A stretch of 64,000 nucleotides of DNA from a virus. Below are positions 36,987-47,562 of this stretch, in pieces. The DNA lies in IMG/VR virus record IMGVR_UViG_3300006076_000003, positions 1 to 64,000 of that record, one strand, 5' to 3'. Numbering within the stretch: the first letter of the stretch is position 1; each line of letters opens with the position of its first letter. The position numbers were made by a program, and so were the translations under genes. The notes below the pieces were generated by a model. The model was not told where the DNA came from. It searched no databases and saw only the letters and a list, made by a program, of their open reading frames with translations.

Positions 36987-39900
36987 ATGGGATTTGTTCG
37001 TAAGCCAATTTATGAGTTTAAAGATGAAACAAGCACAGGTTTAGATAAAGTACCAAATGGTAGTAAAGTTGTACTTAAAGACAGTGGTAAAGAATTTATT
37101 AAAAATGATGTTAATAAAATAATTACACCTTCACATACTGTTGCTGAAGTACTGTATGGATCATCTACAAAAGATTTATTATTTAATGAACAGTATAACA
37201 AATTAAAAGAATTTGTAAGTGCTAATTATAACGGTATAAGTGGATTTGTTGATAAAGAGGTAGATTTAGAAATTAGTGAAACAAATGCAATAGTGGGGTT
37301 AAAAAATAGATTTGCTAAATTTGGTGATGAGATTGTTGATTTGTATGGACCAGAGTTGGTTACTAATGGTGACTTTAGTGATGGACCTACTGGATGGACT
37401 TTACCTGAAAATGTTATATTGGATAATGAAAAATTATATGTCTATAACGCTGCACATGGTGCTAATATTGACAGTACTGCTCAACTAATTGCCGGAAAAA
37501 CTTATCTCGTTAAGTTCAATCTCCTTAATATAACGGGCGGTGGTATTACTTTTTATACATATGGTGGTGCATCTGACAAACAAGGGACAAAGTATTCTTC
37601 TGAAGGTGAAATTGAGATTATTTGTAATGTTACGCAATCTGGAACTTTAAGATTGCAAGTTGATGCTGTTAATTTTGGTACTCCTAATATGTATTTGGAT
37701 AAAGTTTCAGTCCGTGAAATTAAATCAATAGACCTAACACCCCAAATTCCAGAAGTTCAAACTATTGGTTCTACATCATTAACAGTAACTAATTCTACAA
37801 TTTCTCACCATCCAGTTAGACAAGTAGATACTATATCTGCTATTGATGTGCAAGATAGTACTGATTATACAGTTACAATTGCTGGAACTGATTACACATA
37901 TACAAGTGACTCAGATGCTACATTAACTGAAATTCAAGATGGAATTATAGCTGCTTTACCAAGTTCTTGTACGGGTTCAGTAAGTGGAGATGATGTAGTT
38001 GTAAGTGCGGCAACAGTTTGTGATGGGTATGATATTTCAGTTTCTTCAAATATGACACTAACTAATACAACTGCAAATGTTGATTGTATTAATGTTGACT
38101 CAGTTGTTGGAACTAATGCTATTATACCTGCACACAACAACGGACACCAAACTAAAATTATTGCAAGAGTTAAATCTTCAACCAATGGTATGGAAGTACA
38201 GATTTTAGATAAGTCTGATAGTAACAATGTTATTAGAACACAATCATTAGATGCTTTTGAAAATGATAAAACATTAACATTTTGGGTACCAAGTAATGCT
38301 GATGGTTATGAAGTTAAAGCTATTAAAAGAGTTAATGACGGTGCTGGAGATGAAAGTGTTGTAGTTAGTGCTTTTGGCTTTGAAGATTTAGTTACTACTG
38401 ATTTAGTAGAGTCTGGAGATTATGCTGTAATTGATAAAGAAGAATTAGTTGTTAACGGAACTTTTGATGTTAATGTTGATGGATGGACTATAGTAGGAGA
38501 AAATTGTTCTTTTTCACAAGAGAATGGAAAAGCTAAAGTAGTTGTAGGTTCAGAGGGAGATGGGGATTATAATGGTTTTAAAGGTATATTCTCTGTAAAA
38601 GAAAATACAAAATACCTTATAAAAATTAGTTGCGAGACTAATAAAGAAATCTATACACATATAAGGTTTTTTAATGATGATGGTGCTACGGTTTCACCAG
38701 ATGCTTCTTTTATACCTACAATAACTGAAAATGCTGTTTTACAAAAGACTATTATTATACCTAGTGGTGCTACTAAGATAAGGATACAACCACAAACAAA
38801 TCATAGTTATGATTTTACTTTTTATATTGACAACATCTCCGTAACACCAGTCAACGACATTTTTAGAGCAACAGAAGATATTCCAGCTGGTACATCAGTT
38901 TATGACAGTAGATTTGAGACAAGAGAATACATCAGTAACCAAAACTTAGTTACTCTTAAAAAAGAAAACAATGTTGTATCAATGCACAGTGAAGTATTGT
39001 TTGAAGACGCTTATCCAGAAACTACACAAAAACAAATGATGTTAGCTAATGGTTTTGTTGAGAAAGAAGTTGGTTTATACACTAAAGATGGTGCTGAACA
39101 CTTGGTTGTTGGGTTGTGGCAAGGATTGAATAAAGGTGCTTATCACGAAATCTTTAATAAATTTGGCACTGTACTTAGTGCAAGAGTTATAAATAATTTA
39201 GTAGCTTCAAGAGAAAATTGGTACAGTAGTTATATACCAACTTTTAACAGTATTAAAGATACATTTGGACCTATTAAAGTTTGGCATAATATAGCTAACC
39301 CAACTATTAATTATAGATGGAAGGATACCTATTTAACTGGTTCAATACTAAATGGATTAAGTGGTAGACCAGACGCAAAATTCTACGACGTAGTTTACAA
39401 AAACGACTTCATAAAAAAATTTAATAGCATTCAACCTGATACAGTACAAGATAAACAAAAACGTAGTAATGCGATTAAGAATGGTACTTATGAAGGTGTT
39501 AGTGGGTTAGTTAGTACAACTCAAATTATACTTAATTTAATGTCAAGTGGTATAGATTCTAATAATAATTATTGGTATTTTGATGATATGCTTAATGATA
39601 TAAATTATAAATTAGATATATCTATACCTGATACATCAAGTTCAAAATATTTATCCTCTTATTTATCAGTAAAGGAACGTGTATTTGTATTAATAAATGA
39701 TTCTGTCTATACTGATATACGATTTTATAATAAAGTTATGTATATAGATTGTGACAGTACCGCAACTGAAAATCAAAAAGTAACTATATTATATACAAAC
39801 GAACTTCCAATTCTCTCAACAACCTCACACCTAACAACAGACTTAATAGGTGACCCTTCACCTTTCTCAGCTACAAGTGGAATAGATATTGTTTTAACAG

Positions 39901-40124
39901 GTGACGGACAAGATGTAGCTGATGGACAAATAGTTTGGCAACCAAGTGATGGATTTGCTTATAAAAATATTTCTGGAGATACAATTACAGGTGTAACTGA
40001 TGGAGATATTACAAGTCCTGGTAGTTGGCAAAGAATGTTTAAAGGATACCCGTCTTCATGGATTTCAAGATTAGCCTCTGGATTACCTCTTATTGGTATA
40101 AATGTAAATCTCGTTGAAAATTAA
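36987..40124 (+). CDS. Tail fibre / receptor-binding protein, N-part
   Basis: Two ELVxNGxF..GW..DxxSV carbohydrate-binding-like modules; NKGAYH..FN.FG and SGRPD.KFYD motifs. Confidence 0.75.
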   Translation: MGFVRKPIYEFKDETSTGLDKVPNGSKVVLKDSGKEFIKNDVNKIITPSHTVAEVLYGSSTKDLLFNEQYNKLKEFVSANYNGISGFVDKEVDLEISETNAIVGLKNRFAKFGDEIVDLYGPELVTNGDFSDGPTGWTLPENVILDNEKLYVYNAAHGANIDSTAQLIAGKTYLVKFNLLNITGGGITFYTYGGASDKQGTKYSSEGEIEIICNVTQSGTLRLQVDAVNFGTPNMYLDKVSVREIKSIDLTPQIPEVQTIGSTSLTVTNSTISHHPVRQVDTISAIDVQDSTDYTVTIAGTDYTYTSDSDATLTEIQDGIIAALPSSCTGSVSGDDVVVSAATVCDGYDISVSSNMTLTNTTANVDCINVDSVVGTNAIIPAHNNGHQTKIIARVKSSTNGMEVQILDKSDSNNVIRTQSLDAFENDKTLTFWVPSNADGYEVKAIKRVNDGAGDESVVVSAFGFEDLVTTDLVESGDYAVIDKEELVVNGTFDVNVDGWTIVGENCSFSQENGKAKVVVGSEGDGDYNGFKGIFSVKENTKYLIKISCETNKEIYTHIRFFNDDGATVSPDASFIPTITENAVLQKTIIIPSGATKIRIQPQTNHSYDFTFYIDNISVTPVNDIFRATEDIPAGTSVYDSRFETREYISNQNLVTLKKENNVVSMHSEVLFEDAYPETTQKQMMLANGFVEKEVGLYTKDGAEHLVVGLWQGLNKGAYHEIFNKFGTVLSARVINNLVASRENWYSSYIPTFNSIKDTFGPIKVWHNIANPTINYRWKDTYLTGSILNGLSGRPDAKFYDVVYKNDFIKKFNSIQPDTVQDKQKRSNAIKNGTYEGVSGLVSTTQIILNLMSSGIDSNNNYWYFDDMLNDINYKLDISIPDTSSSKYLSSYLSVKERVFVLINDSVYTDIRFYNKVMYIDCDSTATENQKVTILYTNELPILSTTSHLTTDLIGDPSPFSATSGIDIVLTGDGQDVADGQIVWQPSDGFAYKNISGDTITGVTDGDITSPGSWQRMFKGYPSSWISRLASGLPLIGINVNLVEN

Positions 40125-40137
40125 AGGGGTATATGCT

Positions 40138-40914
40138 ATGTCAGATATAACACAAAAACAATTAAAGGAAAAATACACTTATAACCCAGATACTGGGTTA
40201 TTCTATACTAACAAAGACTGGGGTAAATTTAAAAAAGGCACAGCAGTAGGTTATATACATAAAAATGGTTATATAATTGTAGATGTAATTGTTAAAGGTA
40301 GGACCAAAAAGTATAAAGCTCATAGATTAGCATGGTTATACATGTATGGTAAATTTCCAAACAAAGACCTTGTGATTGATCATATAAATCAAATTAGAAC
40401 TGATAATAGAATTATTAATTTACGTGTTGTTAATAAATCTATGAATCGTAGAAATTGTTCCACTAATAGTTTAAATACAAGTGGTGTTACAGGAGTGACG
40501 TATCAAAAGGATAGAAATAGATGGTATGCGTATATTAAGATTAATGGAAAAATGAAAAGTTTAGGGAGACATAAAACTTTTGAAGAAGCTGTCATAGCGA
40601 GAAAGGAGGCTGAACGCGTACTGGGCTTCTCTGCTAATCATGGTAGCCCACGCAAAGTTGTTGATGCTATATCCTGGACTGAACAGATTAAAGAAAATGC
40701 AAATTACACTTGCAGTATTTGTGGTAGTAAAGATAGTATAGTTGCACATCATTTACAATCTATTGATATAGAACGACCTGAAACATATAAGTTACGTTAT
40801 GATATAGATAACGGAGTATGTTTGTGTAGCGATTGCCATATTAAATTCCACAAGGAATATGGATATGGTAACAATACTACAGAACAATTTAATGAATATA
40901 TAAGGAGCAAATAA
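40138..40914 (+). mobile_element. Free-standing HNH homing endonuclease (HNH_3 + AP2 + second HNH)
   Basis: AHRLAWLY..IDHIN..DNRIINLR, NTSGVTGV..W.A.I..LG..F..A..AR, then CSIC..HH..NGVCLC..CH. Confidence 0.9.
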
Positions 40915-41819
40915 TGGCAAGTGGAGATTCACTAATACCAAATGGAGTAATAGATTCATTTAAATTATCAAATAAAGCGATAACAATACACAATGGAGTT
41001 AGAACAACTAATGCTGGGGAAAGCTATACCTCGTTTATACCGACAAACAGTATGGTCAGTAATAATGTGACAATGCCAGATGAACCTTCAAATAATGTAA
41101 TTCTTATTAGTTACACAGCTTCAAACACACCTCTAACACAATCTACACCAAAACCAATAGATTATGTTGAAGGGAAAGTAACATTTAGCAATAGCCACTC
41201 AATTTATAGAGCTGGTAACATAACTAATATGTTAGGTAAAGTTGCAGTGGGTGATGGTGAGATTGATTTTGAGAGTAATCAAGTAAATAATTTATTGTTA
41301 GATGAAAACGGTAGTATAGTTACTAATCCTTCTCACATAGCGCCTCAGCTTAGTTCAAGTAGCTCACCAGCAAGTAAATCATTTTACACAACAGCTGTTG
41401 AAGATGATAGTGTATTTGACCAAGTGTTTGTGCAAGAAATGGTTTGGGATTTTGATGTTGACTCTGGATATTATGATGCAGTAAATGTTGGAAGTAGCGA
41501 TGATAAACATGACTATACAAGTGGTACACTTTATCGATGGGACAGTGGAGCTTTGGACGGTAGATCTGGATTTGCTTTAAAAGATTTTACAGATTTTGCA
41601 ATAACTGGAGTGAACAATAGAACACTTATACACGAAAATGGTATAGATTACATTGTAGATTCTTCTAATAGTAAAGATTTTAGATTATGGAATGGTACAG
41701 GTTTTGGTGATACAGGTAAATTTGACAGTCTAACAAACGGTGTAACAACTGACTTAAACAACAAACAATGTAAAACAGTTGTAGCAAGTGCAGAAACACA
41801 ATTTAGGAGTATTCAATGA
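40914..41819 (+). CDS. Tail fibre, C-part
   Basis: Beta-rich fibre-like composition; ATG overlaps the HNH stop codon. Confidence 0.6.
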   Translation: MASGDSLIPNGVIDSFKLSNKAITIHNGVRTTNAGESYTSFIPTNSMVSNNVTMPDEPSNNVILISYTASNTPLTQSTPKPIDYVEGKVTFSNSHSIYRAGNITNMLGKVAVGDGEIDFESNQVNNLLLDENGSIVTNPSHIAPQLSSSSSPASKSFYTTAVEDDSVFDQVFVQEMVWDFDVDSGYYDAVNVGSSDDKHDYTSGTLYRWDSGALDGRSGFALKDFTDFAITGVNNRTLIHENGIDYIVDSSNSKDFRLWNGTGFGDTGKFDSLTNGVTTDLNNKQCKTVVASAETQFRSIQ

Positions 41820-42574
41820 ATAATGTAGAACAACGATTAGAACACCAATTAAAAAATGGTAGAGTAGAGTTAGCGAAAGCTACTCTACAAGAAAAATATA
41901 GCATTGAAACCAAAGATGCTTGGTTAGCTGAAATGCAAAAAGAGTATAATGAGATTTTTCCAGAATTCAGAGAACCAACTCAAGAAGAAATTGATGAACA
42001 ATACGAAAAAGTTAAAGATCAAATTGCAAAAGAAGATTTTGAACCAGAATTAATAAAAATTGACTATTCAGATGACCCAAACTACAAAACATTTGATGAA
42101 TGGTTAAGCGAGACAAAAGTTGTAAAAGAAGCAGTATTGGATGAAGAGGGAAATATTCTTGAACCTGAAGTTACAGAATTAGTTCGACCTTATGTTGAAC
42201 CAAAAGGTAAAATTGAAAAAGAAGTTGAATATTATATTGAACATTCTGAGCTATATAAAAACTTTTTAAAACAACAAAAGATTAAAAAACTAAATGAACT
42301 CAAAATAACATCCAACAGTGTAGCTTATGATGCAAATGGTAAAGCAATTGGTAATATGAGTGCAGTAGTTAGTTTGGCTAATGCTAAATTTAATGCCTCA
42401 CTAGCAAATGGTATAGCACCAGATGTGGCGTATAGAGTAATTTATAAAGATAAAAAGATAGGTTGGAAAAATGCTAATAATGATATTTCTATGGTACAAG
42501 TAGAAAGTATAGTTGAAGCACTTGAAAAATCTATGTATGAAATTGCTAAAGTTGTAGGTGTTGCTGAAAAATGA
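41816..42574 (+). CDS. Tail fibre assembly-like protein
   Basis: C-terminal YDAN..WKNANN pattern resembling DUF4376; follows fibre genes. Confidence 0.5.
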   Translation: MNNVEQRLEHQLKNGRVELAKATLQEKYSIETKDAWLAEMQKEYNEIFPEFREPTQEEIDEQYEKVKDQIAKEDFEPELIKIDYSDDPNYKTFDEWLSETKVVKEAVLDEEGNILEPEVTELVRPYVEPKGKIEKEVEYYIEHSELYKNFLKQQKIKKLNELKITSNSVAYDANGKAIGNMSAVVSLANAKFNASLANGIAPDVAYRVIYKDKKIGWKNANNDISMVQVESIVEALEKSMYEIAKVVGVAEK

Positions 42575-43023
42575 TTAGCATAGCATTTTATAAAGGAAAA
42601 GGTGATTGGACAGATAAACTAATTCGATGGTGGACTAAAAGTCCTTACAGTCATGTAGAATTAGTGATTGGTGACCCAAAAGATGGTGATTGGATAAGTA
42701 CAAGTCCAAGAACAATGAGACTTGAAAAAAGGCATATCAATTATAAACCTGAAAATTGGGACGTTATACAAATTAATGAAGAAATTTGTGACTTAAATGT
42801 ATATAGAGTGCAAAAACTATATATTAAATATAAACTTGTTTCTTATGACTGGTTCGGGATATTTTTTAGTCAAATAATACCACTCAATAAAGATAACAAA
42901 AATAAGTTATTTTGCAGTGAATGGGTGATGACTTGTTTATTAGTCAAAGACCCAAATAAGTACAGTCCTGGAGATGTCTACCAATACTGTAAAGACAAAA
43001 ATTATTTTAAAGGAAAATTATGA
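42571..43023 (+). CDS. Permuted papain-like (YiiX/NlpC-P60-like) enzyme
   Basis: YSHVELV before FCSE; YD..G; SPGD. Confidence 0.75.
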   Translation: MISIAFYKGKGDWTDKLIRWWTKSPYSHVELVIGDPKDGDWISTSPRTMRLEKRHINYKPENWDVIQINEEICDLNVYRVQKLYIKYKLVSYDWFGIFFSQIIPLNKDNKNKLFCSEWVMTCLLVKDPNKYSPGDVYQYCKDKNYFKGKL

Positions 43024-43310
43024 GAAATATTATTGATTTCTTTAAACAAACTGATAAACAAAAACATGCAGTATTTAGTTTTTTATTGACTTTAGCAACA
43101 TTTTTTATTCTTAATGTTTTTACAGTTTCAATTAATTACTCAGTAATATTTAGTTTTTTAGCTGTGTCATTAATTGGGTTTAGTAAAGAAATTTGGGATT
43201 ATTACGGATGGTTTAATCATAAAGGAACTGCTGATGTATACGATTTAATAGCAGATTTAATAGGTACTTTATTGGCTGAGTTAATTTTGATTATAACATT
43301 TGTTATCTAA
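43020..43310 (+). CDS. VanZ-like membrane protein
   Basis: DKQKH, KEIWD, DLIADLIG; about 3 TM segments. Confidence 0.6.
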   Translation: MRNIIDFFKQTDKQKHAVFSFLLTLATFFILNVFTVSINYSVIFSFLAVSLIGFSKEIWDYYGWFNHKGTADVYDLIADLIGTLLAELILIITFVI

Positions 43311-43323
43311 AAAGGAAAATATA

Positions 43324-43548
43324 ATGACAAAAGAACAACTTTTAAATAAAGAACGGTTAGAAGTTAATGAAAAACTTGAAAATCTAACCAAAAAATTGGA
43401 TTTTACAGATGCTAAAATCACTGAATTGATAAATATTTTTCGCGAAGCTAAGATTAAAAGACTTTTAACTTGCCCAGAAAAAGTTGAAGATTTAGAGCAA
43501 CGTGTTAAAGCTTTGGAAGAAAGATTATTGAATGGAACAAACACTTAG
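43324..43548 (+). CDS. Coiled-coil hypothetical protein
   Basis: AAGGA RBS before MTKEQL. Confidence 0.5.
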   Translation: MTKEQLLNKERLEVNEKLENLTKKLDFTDAKITELINIFREAKIKRLLTCPEKVEDLEQRVKALEERLLNGTNT

Positions 43549-43935
43549 TTATGATGCTTTATTCTACATAGGAAGTTCTGTTATTACTTTGGTAATGGCA
43601 GCTACCTATGTAAAATTCAAACAGCAAGATTTAGACGAAAAAGTTAAACAAAATTCTAAGAACTTAGCAGAGTTAACAACCTTTATGCAAAATAAAAGAC
43701 CTATGTTAGACCATTTTAACAAGATAGAAAATGCTTTTGGTAAAAAGATTGATGAACATTCTAATGGAATAACAACTCTCAAAGAAAAAATATCCCAAAC
43801 AATATCTTACAAAGAAGTCTAAGAAGATTTTGTTAAAAGGAATGAACTTCAATTACACCTTGAAAAGATTGAAGTTGAATATAAAGCTCTCGGTAGATAT
43901 ATAAAACGACTTGAAAGGATGCTAAATGACAGCTA
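43532..43935 (+). CDS. Membrane-anchored coiled-coil protein with in-frame TAA at 43820-43822
   Basis: N-terminal TM segment; frame stays open for about 37 codons after the stop and runs into the next gene. Confidence 0.5.
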
Positions 43936-44129
43936 AAGAAAAGTCCAAACAACGCAGTATATTCTTTTGGGTAAGTGTTAGTTATATACTTTTAATGACA
44001 ACTGTATTATTTATCTTTCAAATTTTAGATTATAAGGTAAATGATTTTCTTCCTATATTTGCTAATACAACAGCGTTCTTGGGAAGTTTAGGTATAACTA
44101 ACTATTTAACAACTCCAAAGGATACATAA
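43926..44129 (+). CDS. Putative holin
   Basis: 67 aa, two TM segments, in lysis cluster. Confidence 0.55.
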   Translation: MTAKEKSKQRSIFFWVSVSYILLMTTVLFIFQILDYKVNDFLPIFANTTAFLGSLGITNYLTTPKDT

Positions 44130-44407
44130 TGCACAACTTTGATATGAATGGTGATGACAGAATTACTATTTTTGATTTATTGAAGTGGTTGTGGTTTGAA
44201 ATTAGACACGGAAATTTTTTCGTAATTTCTTTTATTTTATTCTTAGTTTATTATTTTGGTATTCCATTTTATAAACAAATTACAACCAAACAAGTAAAAA
44301 TAGAACAGAACACTAAAAAACTTCAAGAAGAACTTGATCAATTAAAAGATAAAATGGTAAATATGCAGAATAGGAGGTACGGAGTTGTTGGAACTACTAC
44401 TTTCTAG
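44129..44407 (+). CDS. Membrane protein, possible spanin/holin component
   Basis: One TM segment plus coiled coil, upstream of endolysin. Confidence 0.4.
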   Translation: MHNFDMNGDDRITIFDLLKWLWFEIRHGNFFVISFILFLVYYFGIPFYKQITTKQVKIEQNTKKLQEELDQLKDKMVNMQNRRYGVVGTTTF

Positions 44408-44708
44408 TATAATTTTATTTGGTGGTGGATATGCTTATAGATTTTATACAGAACCAAAAGTTGAGTGTAAATCTATAAAATTCGATTATCCAAAGTATTT
44501 AACAAAAAGAGAACATGCTCAAACAGATTGTTTTGAAGGTTTTGATGCAGGACAGATAAATATATGTAAAATACCTTATCCAAGAGCAATTGTAAATTTA
44601 AAAGAGTATGAATCTGGTGTTCAAGAATGTAATCAATTAAGAGTCTATCTACGTTCTTGTGTAAACACAATTGATAAGTATAATAAAAATAAGGAAATAT
44701 TAAAATGA
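44385..44708 (+). CDS. Membrane-anchored Cys-rich protein, possible spanin
   Basis: Hydrophobic N-terminus, several Cys, precedes endolysin. Confidence 0.35.
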   Translation: MLELLLSSIILFGGGYAYRFYTEPKVECKSIKFDYPKYLTKREHAQTDCFEGFDAGQINICKIPYPRAIVNLKEYESGVQECNQLRVYLRSCVNTIDKYNKNKEILK

Positions 44709-45100
44709 ATATGATTAACTCTATTAAAATTGAAGAAGGTTTTAGTGGTTTACCATACGATGATACTGAAGGTATTTTAACAATTGGGTATGGGACTAAA
44801 TTACCACTAACAGAAATAGAAGGTGAGATGCTATTAAGGCATCGCCTATCAATTATAGAAGCAAGTTTATCTACAAGACAACCTATATATAATACTTTAC
44901 CTGAAGAAGCAAAGGAAGTGCTACTTAGTATGGCCTATCAACTAGGTGTTAATGGTGTATTAAAGTTTAAGCGTATGTGGAAAAATTTAAAAAATTATGA
45001 TTATGAAGCTGCAGCATATGAAATGTTAGATAGCAAGTGGGCTATACAAACACCAAATAGAGCTAATAGATTAGCAGATAGAATGCGAAATGTGGTATAA
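44705..45100 (+). CDS. Endolysin, lysozyme (GH24-like)
   Basis: EEG..PY.D..G..TIGYG catalytic motif; M.YQLG, EMLDSKWA.QTPNRA. Confidence 0.9.
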   Translation: MNMINSIKIEEGFSGLPYDDTEGILTIGYGTKLPLTEIEGEMLLRHRLSIIEASLSTRQPIYNTLPEEAKEVLLSMAYQLGVNGVLKFKRMWKNLKNYDYEAAAYEMLDSKWAIQTPNRANRLADRMRNVV

Positions 45101-45101
45101 T
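45093..45101 (+). promoter_or_regulatory. Extended -10 promoter
   Basis: TGGTATAAT upstream of portal. Confidence 0.5.
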
Positions 45102-45130
45102 GCAAAAAACTATTGTAAAGAGAATGTTAA

Positions 45131-47101
45131 ATGCAAATAAATAAAAATCAAATATTAACATCCTTAAAAGCCGATTTAGCTAATTCTAAAACATTTCATG
45201 ATGAATGGAGAATTAAGGTTGATAAGTATAAACGTGAAACTTATGCTAAACCGTATGGAAATGAGAGAAAAGGTAAATCACGTATTGTAAGTGCTGATAT
45301 AAAAAGGCAACTTGAAAGTATGATACCTTCTATCATTGATCCATTTGTATCATCACCAGAAGTATTTAAATGCTATCCAGTTACTTTTGAAGACACAGAA
45401 GCAGCAAGGCAAAATGAATTATTGCTAAACACACAATTCGTTAGGAAATTTAATCGATACAACTTCATTAATAAAGCTTGTAGAGTACTTGCTACTGAAG
45501 GTACAGTAGTTATACAAACTGGTTGGGAAACTGTTGAAAAACAAGTTAAAGATATTGTTGAAATTATTGAAGTTTTGCCTGATGGTACTGAATATATTAC
45601 TGAAAAAGAAGTGATGCGTACTGTCAAAGTAAAAAATCAACCAACAGCAATAATTCGCAGAAATGAAGATATATTCTTTGATCCTACTGCAATGGATGAA
45701 CAGGATAAAATGCAATTTGTTATTGTACGCTATGAAGCAGATTACAGCACATTGAAAAAAGAAGGAAAGTATAAAAATTTAGAAAAAGCATTTATGCCTG
45801 ATCCTAATTGGGATGGTAGTTATATACCTGAAGATACAACATATTTTAAATTTAAAGATAAAGCAAGAAAAAAAGCAGTTGTGTATGAATACTGGGGTAA
45901 GTACGATATTAACAATGATGGTATTGTAGAGAATATTGTTTGTACTTGGATTGGTGATACAATCATTAGATTAGAAGATAATCCATATCCAAATGGTGAA
46001 TTACCATTTATTATTGTACCATTTAGCACTATACCATTTCAATTGCCTGGTGAAGCTTTAGCAGAAAATATAGGCGATAATCAAAAAGTTAAAACAGCAT
46101 TGATTAGAGGTACAATTGACAATCTTGCTGCAAGTAACAATGGACAAATTGGTATTAGACAAGGTGCTTTAAACCCAATTAATAAAAAAAGATTTTTAAG
46201 TGGTGATAATTTTGAATATGCTGGTACAGTAAACGACTTTTGGCAAGGTAACTATAATCAAATACCAAGTAGTGTATTTAATGTTATGTCATTGATGAAT
46301 GCTGAGATTGAAAGTCAAACAGGGGTACGTTCTGCTGGAGCATTAGCTGGTAATGGTGCTTTAGGTGAAACAGCAACAGCAGCAAAAGGAGCAATGGATG
46401 TTTATGCTATGCGAACATTAAATATTGTTCGTAATATTGCAGAAAATTTAATGAAACCACTTGCACGTAAATGGATGGCTTACAACTCTGAATTTTTAGA
46501 ACCAGAAGAGGTTGTTAGAGTAACAAATAGTCAATTTGTACCTGTAAGGCGTGATGACTTATCTGGTAGAGTTGATATTGATATAACAATTAATACAGCA
46601 GAAGATAATGCTGCACGTAGACAAGAACTGTCATTCTTATTGCAAACACTTGGTAATACTATCCCATTTGAAATGACACAGCAAATACTTGCAGAAATTG
46701 TTAAACTTAGTAAAAATCCTAAATTAGAAAAAGAAATAAAAGAATTTCAACCACCTAAAGATCCATTACAAGACGCTCTTAAACAATTAGAAATAACAAA
46801 AATACAATTAGAAAATGAACGATTAAAAGCTGAAATAGCAGATAAATATGCAAGAGTAGATGAAAATAAAGTAGATGTAGAATTAAAATTACGCAAAGCA
46901 GAAGTAGAAGCTGCTAAAGCAAGAAAACTTAATAAAGATGCTGATAAAACTGAATTAGATGTTATAGATAAAAATTATGGTTTTAAAGCACAATTTGAAG
47001 CAGAAGAAAAAGAAAGAGAAAGACAACACCAAGTTGAAATGGCTAAGATTCAGGCTATGCTTGGTGGACCAAATGAACAAATAGGAGTAACAGAAAAATG
47101 A
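45131..47101 (+). CDS. Portal protein (N4 gp59-like)
   Basis: GKSRIV, PVTFED..AARQNELLLN.QF, VYEYWG.YDI, ETATA motifs. Confidence 0.9.
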   Translation: MQINKNQILTSLKADLANSKTFHDEWRIKVDKYKRETYAKPYGNERKGKSRIVSADIKRQLESMIPSIIDPFVSSPEVFKCYPVTFEDTEAARQNELLLNTQFVRKFNRYNFINKACRVLATEGTVVIQTGWETVEKQVKDIVEIIEVLPDGTEYITEKEVMRTVKVKNQPTAIIRRNEDIFFDPTAMDEQDKMQFVIVRYEADYSTLKKEGKYKNLEKAFMPDPNWDGSYIPEDTTYFKFKDKARKKAVVYEYWGKYDINNDGIVENIVCTWIGDTIIRLEDNPYPNGELPFIIVPFSTIPFQLPGEALAENIGDNQKVKTALIRGTIDNLAASNNGQIGIRQGALNPINKKRFLSGDNFEYAGTVNDFWQGNYNQIPSSVFNVMSLMNAEIESQTGVRSAGALAGNGALGETATAAKGAMDVYAMRTLNIVRNIAENLMKPLARKWMAYNSEFLEPEEVVRVTNSQFVPVRRDDLSGRVDIDITINTAEDNAARRQELSFLLQTLGNTIPFEMTQQILAEIVKLSKNPKLEKEIKEFQPPKDPLQDALKQLEITKIQLENERLKAEIADKYARVDENKVDVELKLRKAEVEAAKARKLNKDADKTELDVIDKNYGFKAQFEAEEKERERQHQVEMAKIQAMLGGPNEQIGVTEK

Positions 47102-47490
47102 ATCCATACTTAGACCCAAATACAACAATAGTTGAAGCTGCCACTAATCAGGAGCTTGGTAAAAATTATAGAATGGCTAAAGAACGCCAATTAGGTGCTA
47201 AACAATATAGAGATGCTTTAGCTCAAAAAGCAATTGCAGCTCAACAAGCAGAACAACAACAACTAGCTCAACAGTCAGCATTTGCACAACAACAGCAGCA
47301 GCAACCACAACAACCTGTTGGTATAGGACATGTATCACAAGAAGCCATTCAAAAGTGGATTGATGAACAGATTGCTAAAGGTGTACCAATTCAAACTATT
47401 AAACAGCAATTAGCTCAAATATTAGGGCAAGCTGATGGTACTGCACAGGTGAACCCACAATCAGCATCAGCATTTAGTCAGACTGTTTAA
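47098..47490 (+). CDS. Gln/Ala-rich virion protein
   Basis: Poly-Q tract; coupled to portal. Confidence 0.55.
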   Translation: MNPYLDPNTTIVEAATNQELGKNYRMAKERQLGAKQYRDALAQKAIAAQQAEQQQLAQQSAFAQQQQQQPQQPVGIGHVSQEAIQKWIDEQIAKGVPIQTIKQQLAQILGQADGTAQVNPQSASAFSQTV

Positions 47491-47562
47491 GTATCTATTA
47501 AGCTTTAGGAAGATAAAATTCCTTAAGCTTACTTTAAAGCTAAATAATTATAAAGGAATCGA

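Noticed and set aside
40114-40914. Group I intron around the HNH gene
   Set aside because: Only about 13 non-coding nt upstream and none downstream; no room for an intron core
12873-43822. Stop-codon reassignment suggested by two in-frame TAA codons and a TAG in the helicase start
   Set aside because: Coding density is high under the standard code, most genes end in TAA, and long genes are uninterrupted
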